From: an uncultured Candidatus Saccharibacteria bacterium | Lineage (GTDB): Bacteria; Patescibacteriota; Minisyncoccia; Phycocordibacterales; UBA9973 | NCBI GenBank assembly: GCA_964527235.1 | Contig: CAZGNC010000002.1 | Location: 146,381-210,380 of the forward strand | Reading direction: 5' to 3' | DNA length: 64,000 nt | In this document: positions 58,018 through 64,000 of the stretch, piece after piece | Numbering within the stretch: position 1 is the stretch's first letter | Layout of the letters: every line of letters begins with the position of its first letter | Notes under the pieces: model-generated | What the model saw: the letters and a program-made list of their open reading frames with translations, nothing else | Databases searched by the model: none | What the model was told of the DNA's origin: nothing | Program-made: the position numbers and the translations under genes

Positions 58018-59055
58018 TTACACTTCTTCTGCGAACTTCTTGCGGATTTCTTTGAGTATTTGATCAGCTATTTTCTTGTTTTCTCTCAAGAATGTTCGAG
58101 TGTTGTCGTATCCGACACCGAGCTTCACTTTCTCTTCCTTCTCACCAGCTGGTTTATAGAAATATGAGTTTCCAGTTTTTTCGACTATCTTGTATTTCTC
58201 ACCTAGAGCCATGACTTCGCCTTCTTTAGATATGCCCTCGTTATAGATGATATCGAATTCTGTTTGTTTGAAAGGTGCAGCAACTTTGTTTTTCACCACT
58301 TTGACGCGAGTGCGAGAGCCGACGACATCTTCACCCTTTTTAATCTGAGCGATTTTCCTAATGTCGAGTCTGATAGATGTGTAGAACTTTAAAGCCTTAC
58401 CTCCTGGGGTAGTCTCAGGGTTGCCGAACATTACACCTATCTGCATACGAATCTGGTTGATGAATATAACAACTGTCTTTGAGCGAGATACTATAGCAGT
58501 GAGCTTGCGAAGGGCTTGAGACATTAGTCTGGCTTGTTTGCCTACGTGGTATGCTCCCATGTCGCCCTCGATTTCGTCTTTTGGGGTAAGTGCGGCGACT
58601 GAGTCTATTACTATGACATCGATTTTGCCTGTTCGAACTAGGCTTTCTACTATCTCGAGAGCTTGTTCGCCTGTATCCGGCTGAGATACTAGTAAGTTCG
58701 CAATATTTACTCCGAGCTTCTTAGTGTATTCAGGGTCCATTGCGTGTTCGGCATCTATATAAGCGCAGACTCCGCCGAGTTTCTGAGCTTCAGCTACTAT
58801 ATGACTAGCGAGAGTTGTTTTACCAGAAGATTCTGGTCCGAATATCTCAATTATTCTCCCGCGGGGGATACCACCGACACCGAGAGCCATATCAAGCCCG
58901 ATAGAGCCAGTAGGGATAACATTTAAATCTACTCTAGGAGTGTCGCCCATTTTTATTATTGCTCCTTCACCGAATTTTGCCTGAATAGACTTTAAAGTAT
59001 TTTCAAGCGTTTCGTCTCCTGTGGTCTTTGGTTCTTTCACTTCTTTCTTTTTCAT
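58018..59055 (-). CDS. recA: Recombinase RecA
   Basis: 345 aa; Walker [12 protein letters not shown]; L1/L2 loops; no intein. Confidence 0.95.
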   Translation of the reverse strand: MKKKEVKEPKTTGDETLENTLKSIQAKFGEGAIIKMGDTPRVDLNVIPTGSIGLDMALGVGGIPRGRIIEIFGPESSGKTTLASHIVAEAQKLGGVCAYIDAEHAMDPEYTKKLGVNIANLLVSQPDTGEQALEIVESLVRTGKIDVIVIDSVAALTPKDEIEGDMGAYHVGKQARLMSQALRKLTAIVSRSKTVVIFINQIRMQIGVMFGNPETTPGGKALKFYTSIRLDIRKIAQIKKGEDVVGSRTRVKVVKNKVAAPFKQTEFDIIYNEGISKEGEVMALGEKYKIVEKTGNSYFYKPAGEKEEKVKLGVGYDNTRTFLRENKKIADQILKEIRKKFAEEV

Positions 59056-59066
59056 AGTTTTTTGGG

Positions 59067-59426
59067 TTACTCCGTTTTCGTGGAGTAGATTAATTGATAA
59101 TTTTTCTCATCTACATTCCCAAACTTGTCTTCGGCTTTAATATTAATAATATTATACCCCGAAAGCAAGCCGATAGTTTCAAAGAAATTTCCTTGCTGAT
59201 CTATCGAAATTTCTCTGCCATTTAGGGTCAATTTTAAAGCATTTTTAGCGTTTCCAGTGACTTCGAGCACACTTTTATCTGTCTTAGAGCCATCTACTAT
59301 GTTTACATCCACAATTTTGACTCCCCATATCAAGTCTTTTGAACGAGCAAATGAATATATGACAATAAACAGGAACAAAGTGCCAAGTAGAACCATCTTT
59401 ATTGTTTTCTTGGCATCTCTATCCAT
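59067..59426 (-). CDS. Hypothetical membrane-anchored protein
   Basis: 119 aa; N-terminal TM ([16 protein letters not shown]); beta-rich ectodomain. Lies between ftsK and recA. Confidence 0.4.
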   Translation of the reverse strand: MDRDAKKTIKMVLLGTLFLFIVIYSFARSKDLIWGVKIVDVNIVDGSKTDKSVLEVTGNAKNALKLTLNGREISIDQQGNFFETIGLLSGYNIINIKAEDKFGNVDEKNYQLIYSTKTE

Positions 59427-59430
59427 GTTT

Positions 59431-61689
59431 TTAGATTATATTGCTTCCAGTATCATCTCTATTAATTTTCTCTAATACTTCTCTAGGTTTGGCTCCTTCG
59501 CCGGGGCCTATGACTCCGCGTTCTTCGAGTTTGTCTATTATTCGCGCCGCTCGAGCGTAGCCTAATTTTAGTTTTCTTTGTAGGTATGAGGTCGATGCTT
59601 TTCCTGTTTCTACTACTATTTGTCTTGCTTCTTCGTATATCTCATCATCTTCCTCACTGTCTTCTTCGTCTAGTGTACTTTCAAATATACTCTTGTCATG
59701 AGAGATGCTACCTTGGCTTAGGTTTATTTCTTCAGTTATTTCGTCCATGTATGCATCTGATAGGTATTTCACAACTTTCTTAACCTCATTTTCAGATATG
59801 AATGCACTCTGTAGACGTTCTGGCTGAGCTTCTCCTGAAGAATAGAGCATATCTCCCGCTCCTAGGAGTTTCTCAGCACCACCGGCGTCCAGGATGGTTC
59901 TAGAGTCTATCTGGGATGATACCTTAAGCGCTACGCGGGCAGGGATGTTGGCTTTAATCAATCCTGTGATGACGTTTACCTCAGGGCGCTGGGTGGAGAG
60001 TATGAGGTGTATGCCCACGGCTCGAGACATCTGAGCTAGGCGAACGATAGCTGACTCGAGTTCTCGTGGGTAGGCAGTCATTATGTCTGCAAGTTCGTCT
60101 ATTATAATGACTATATATGGCATTCTGTCTGCCTCGACTTCAACTTCTTCACCTAGAGCGTTTACTTTAGTTCTCTTCTCATTCTTGCCTAGGATGTTGT
60201 TATGATAAGACTCGATATCTCGCACTGATTCAGACTCGAGGATGTCGTAACGTCTATCCATTTCCTTCGCTGCCCACTTTAGGGCTAGAATTGCTTTCTT
60301 AGCATCAGTGATAACAGGGGTGAGTAGGTGAGGGACCTTGTTGTAAAGCGTTAACTCAACACGTTTAGGGTCGATCATGATGAACTTCAAATCATCAGGT
60401 CCATTGCGGTAGAAAAGGGAGACAACGATAGAGTGGATTGTTACCGACTTTCCAGATCCAGTAGTTCCTGCGACTAGAGCATGAGGCATCTTTGCTAAGT
60501 TGCCGAACACTGCACGTCCAGATATTGCACGACCGAGTGCTATGGTTAGAGGCTTCGGAGAATTCTGGAATTTGTCATCTCCAAGCATTGTAGCAAGTCC
60601 AACTATCGATTTAGATTTGTTCGGTATTTCGATACCGACTAGCGACTTGCCGGGGATAGGGGCTTCGATACGAATAGGGTGAGCAGCTAGAGCTAGAGCC
60701 AGGTCATTTTGTAATCCTAGTATTCTCGAGAGTTTTATACCTTCTGCAGGTTTAAGTGCATATCTAGTGATAGTAGGTCCCACAGTGACTTCATCCATTT
60801 CAACTTCGATGCCGAAGTTTGCTAGTGTGCGTTTTATAATATTTGAATTTGCTTTTATGTCACCCGTGTTTGGTTTACCTTTATCTTCTTCAAGTAGCGA
60901 CAGGGAAGGGGGTACGTAGGTCGATGCAGTGTGCCTGCGTTTCTTGATAGGCATTTCTTCTTCTGGCTCAGGTTCGGCCATCTTTGGTGTGTCGTCTTTT
61001 TTGCCTACTCCGAGTGCGTTCTTTATCTTACTACTTGTAGATTCTGTTGGTTCTGGGACTTCTTCCTCCTCTTCGTCTTCATTAGTTTCTTCCTCATCCT
61101 CATCTTCGTCTTTACCCCCAAATACTGAGTACCAGATATTTTTCAAGAATTGTGGCCACTCTAACTTCGCATCAAACATTATCAGTATTGATATCACTAA
61201 CACTGCTATCAAGAAAACAATGCTAGCTGAAGAATCAAATAATGTCACCAACGGTGTCGCTGTTACATACCCCAGTATTCCTCCAGCATGCGTGTTCACT
61301 ACTTCAGTTACTCCCTCGACTGTAGTCTCAGAAGAAGCGCTTGAGATGATGTCTAAAATTCCAAGCCCAGAAAGTAGAAACATCACTGAGCTTATGGTTC
61401 TGGTTAGTCCGATGTTTGGGGTAACTGATTTTATGAAAGATGATCCAAGTAGAAGGAAAAGTGCCGGCAATAATATGTAACCCATACCCAACAAGTAGTG
61501 AAGTTTCTCGTAAGTAAATTCTCCAGCCATACCAGCCTTGTCGAAGGCCGACATTACCAAAAATAAAGCCAAAACAAAAAAGACTACTGCGAGTATTCCA
61601 TGCTTAGTCTCTGTTCTTAGTTTTAAGAAATCTCCTTCGTTTACTTTAGTAGATTTAACAATTTTTTTCTTGCTCACGTTTTTTGCCAT
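59431..61689 (-). CDS. ftsK: DNA translocase FtsK/SpoIIIE
   Basis: 752 aa; 4 TM N-terminus; acidic linker; motor with Walker A GTTGSGKSV; gamma wHTH (YLQRKLKLGYARAARIID). Confidence 0.9.
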   Translation of the reverse strand: MAKNVSKKKIVKSTKVNEGDFLKLRTETKHGILAVVFFVLALFLVMSAFDKAGMAGEFTYEKLHYLLGMGYILLPALFLLLGSSFIKSVTPNIGLTRTISSVMFLLSGLGILDIISSASSETTVEGVTEVVNTHAGGILGYVTATPLVTLFDSSASIVFLIAVLVISILIMFDAKLEWPQFLKNIWYSVFGGKDEDEDEEETNEDEEEEEVPEPTESTSSKIKNALGVGKKDDTPKMAEPEPEEEMPIKKRRHTASTYVPPSLSLLEEDKGKPNTGDIKANSNIIKRTLANFGIEVEMDEVTVGPTITRYALKPAEGIKLSRILGLQNDLALALAAHPIRIEAPIPGKSLVGIEIPNKSKSIVGLATMLGDDKFQNSPKPLTIALGRAISGRAVFGNLAKMPHALVAGTTGSGKSVTIHSIVVSLFYRNGPDDLKFIMIDPKRVELTLYNKVPHLLTPVITDAKKAILALKWAAKEMDRRYDILESESVRDIESYHNNILGKNEKRTKVNALGEEVEVEADRMPYIVIIIDELADIMTAYPRELESAIVRLAQMSRAVGIHLILSTQRPEVNVITGLIKANIPARVALKVSSQIDSRTILDAGGAEKLLGAGDMLYSSGEAQPERLQSAFISENEVKKVVKYLSDAYMDEITEEINLSQGSISHDKSIFESTLDEEDSEEDDEIYEEARQIVVETGKASTSYLQRKLKLGYARAARIIDKLEERGVIGPGEGAKPREVLEKINRDDTGSNII

Positions 61690-61800
61690 AGAGATATTTT
61701 AGCATAAATTTATTATAAAATAATATTATTTTTTGATATTTGAAAAATAAAAATAAATTTCAAGTCGCAAGAAAATTTAGGTGTTGATATCTATACAACT

Positions 61801-62679
61801 TTGGTTTTTAGGTGTTTTGCTCGCAGGGGGAGCATTTGCTTTTTTAGGTGTCCTATATATAATGGACGTATGTTCAAGGAGTACCAAAACTCTCAAAGTC
61901 ACTTAAAGGACGATTCAAATCTTCCAGTTCTGTATCCTCCTAAGAAGTCCTATACTAAGTTCTCTAACAAACTAAATAAGCTTGTAACTGCTCTATATAT
62001 GGTTACGGACATAATGGACAAAGATGAACCACTAAGGAATAAGCTACGAATTTTAGGAACAAATGTCATATCAGACACATACCAAGAGACCAGGGGTATA
62101 ACGGCCAAGCTAGATGAAATTCTGTCCTTTTTAGAGATAGGCGTTACCCTCAATATGATATCTCAGATGAATCACAGTATTCTCAAGAAGGAGTTCATTT
62201 CACTCAAGCAGTCTATTTTAGAATCCGAGCAAAGTCATGGTTTTTGGGGTGATGGTACAACTCTCTCAGATTTTATAAAAGAAGATCCTTCGCCCGAAAC
62301 AAAGTCCGTTATAAGCACGCCAAAGTATATCGGACATATAAAGCAGGCTAGAATCGGTGTCCAAAAGGGAAGTACCCTTATGCAAGCTTTGTCCGATAGA
62401 CTACCAAGCTTGTCCGATACCAAAAATGCATACTCTGAAAATCGAGATGTCCTTAAAAAATCTAGACAAGAAGAGATTTTAAAGATAATAAGAAACAAGG
62501 CTGAGGTCGTTGGTGCGGGCTTCAACGGTCTAACCATAACGGACATACGGACATCAGCTACGGGGGCTCTGGCGTCTTGCGGTGAGAAGACCATACAGCG
62601 CGAACTTGTCTCTATGGTTAAAGATAATGTCCTTAAAAAGACTGGGAGTAAGCGCTGGAGTAGGTACTCTATATTATAG
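61801..62679 (+). CDS. Hypothetical protein with a C-terminal winged-helix DNA-binding domain
   Basis: 292 aa; C-terminus CGEKTIQRELVSMVKDNVLKKTGSKRWSRYSI resembles wHTH tails of Fic/Schlafen-like regulators. Start may be MFKEY (61873). N-terminal ~220 aa unassignable. Confidence 0.4.
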   Translation: MVFRCFARRGSICFFRCPIYNGRMFKEYQNSQSHLKDDSNLPVLYPPKKSYTKFSNKLNKLVTALYMVTDIMDKDEPLRNKLRILGTNVISDTYQETRGITAKLDEILSFLEIGVTLNMISQMNHSILKKEFISLKQSILESEQSHGFWGDGTTLSDFIKEDPSPETKSVISTPKYIGHIKQARIGVQKGSTLMQALSDRLPSLSDTKNAYSENRDVLKKSRQEEILKIIRNKAEVVGAGFNGLTITDIRTSATGALASCGEKTIQRELVSMVKDNVLKKTGSKRWSRYSIL

Positions 62680-63255
62680 CTAGGCAGTGTATGTCTAGAT
62701 TGTTTGTCGCTTCTGTTACCACTTCTCTTTATGTAATGTTTTAGTATGTTAATGGTATATACATATTGATCCGTGCTAAGTTGCATTTTGTCTCAAAATA
62801 TGTAATGATGTACGGACAGTGGAATGGGGACAATGCTTTAAAGCCCCAGCTCAAAGTACCTAGTTTTTACTAAAGTATGAGAGTTATCCACATAATATAT
62901 TGTCGTGTTTTATGGCTATATATTATAATAATTCTGTGTTAGCGAGATGCGTAATTTTATGCATTTTGTGAGCACAGGTTTATTGCATTTATTTTCGTTC
63001 ATGATTTCGTCGAAAAGATCGTGCTCGAAAATAAGCCCACTTGAGCTCTCGAAAGAGGCAACAGTTGGGCAAATGAAAGGTCATTGAAAACTAAATAGTA
63101 TTTTGTTTTCAATGTTTGTTTATCTCTGTTCATTATTTTTGTCTGCACCATTATTACTTATTATTAATTATTGGCGGATGAAAGTAGTGATAAGAAAAAT
63201 ACGCTTTTAGTTTTGTCGAAACTAACTTAATGGCGTAAAAAAATTAGAAAATATT

Positions 63256-64000
63256 ATGAGTAAATTATTAAAATCAAAATTCTTTTTTGGAGTTATGATT
63301 GTTGCTGTTATGTTCGCAGTAGTAGGAGTTTCTACAGCTGCTGCATACACACACATGGGAACTCTTAAAATGGGAATGAGAAGTGCTCAAGTAACAGACC
63401 TACAGGCAACTCTTGGAGTTACCCCAATGTCTGGCTACTTTGGCCCTATTACTAAAGCAGCTGTTATGGCTTTCCAAGCAGCTAATGGTCTTACTGCTGA
63501 CGGTATCGTTGGTGCTATGACTGGCGCAAAGCTTAGTGGTGCAGTTTCTGGTGGTACTTACCCAGCAGGATGTACTTCTTCAGCTGGCTACAGTACTGTA
63601 ACTGGCATGCCTTGTACTTCAACTGGATCAACACTTCCAGCAGGATGTACTTCAACCGCTGGCTACAGTTCAACAACTGGTAAGAAGTGTGACAGTACAA
63701 CTGGTTCAACTGGTCCTTTGACCGGTGGAGCAGGATCTGTTGACTCTTACAACCTAGTTTCTGGACTTGGAAATGAAGAAGTTGGTGAAGACACAGAAGA
63801 TGTAGAAGTAGCTGGCCTTGAAATCGAGGTTGGTGAAGATTCTGATCTTGACTTCACAGCTGTACGTCTTGTTTTCAACGAGGGTACTGCTACTTCTGAT
63901 TTTGAAGACTATGCAGATGAAGTTTCTGTATGGTTGGATGGACAAGAAGTTGGACGTGTTGACGCAACTAAATTCAATGACAACAATGACTGGACAGCAA
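63256..64000 (+). CDS. Secreted peptidoglycan-binding-domain protein with Cys-containing PAGCTS.AGYS repeats (3' partial)
   Basis: Signal peptide; PG_binding_1-like LQATLGV...ADGIVGAMT; two PAGCTSSAGYSTVTG repeats; acidic region. ORF runs off the window end and is not in the ORF track. Confidence 0.55.
   Translation, partial: MSKLLKSKFFFGVMIVAVMFAVVGVSTAAAYTHMGTLKMGMRSAQVTDLQATLGVTPMSGYFGPITKAAVMAFQAANGLTADGIVGAMTGAKLSGAVSGGTYPAGCTSSAGYSTVTGMPCTSTGSTLPAGCTSTAGYSSTTGKKCDSTTGSTGPLTGGAGSVDSYNLVSGLGNEEVGEDTEDVEVAGLEIEVGEDSDLDFTAVRLVFNEGTATSDFEDYADEVSVWLDGQEVGRVDATKFNDNNDWTA

Noticed and set aside
58018-59055. Intein in recA or the aaRS genes
   Set aside because: RecA is a normal 345 aa with contiguous Walker motifs. 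The only large insertion (in ileS) has a histidine-phosphatase signature, not Hint/LAGLIDADG blocks.

Overview
The window is AT-rich (roughly 38-40% GC by eye), gene-dense, with many overlapping start/stop codons. Its gene content suggests a reduced-genome bacterium, possibly a Candidate Phyla Radiation (CPR)/Patescibacteria-like lineage: a trigger factor with no PPIase domain, a short NusA, and type IV pilus genes next to a giant adhesin. Core genes, in order: dksA-like, comM, lexA, hup, rny, clpP, the pyrimidine operon pyrC-carA-carB-pyrB, tig, ppa, nusA, a type IV pilus cluster (pilB, pilC, a PilX-like gene and two prepilins), tpiA-pgk, recJ, rnhA, a split comEC with sodA between the halves, glyA, a nucleotide-sanitation cluster (three NUDIX genes, MazG, tmk, HIT), argS, a T-box leader followed by ileS, recO, glyQS, an M16 peptidase, metG, tatD, rpsF-ssb-rpsR, efp, recA and ftsK. 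The most unusual feature is a complete histidine-phosphatase (PGAM-like, RHGE...SHE) domain nested inside IleRS, between the CxxC and CxC halves of a zinc knuckle. Three sharply GC-rich (~60%) islands sit in the AT-rich background. One is a self-contained minus-strand unit next to the lexA SOS promoter at 2033-2450, with its own promoter and terminator. One is a GC-rich lipoprotein gene at 17328-18263 with an operator-like inverted repeat. One is a small GC-rich gene with its own promoter, SD and terminator downstream of argS. No rRNA, tRNA or CRISPR array was found.
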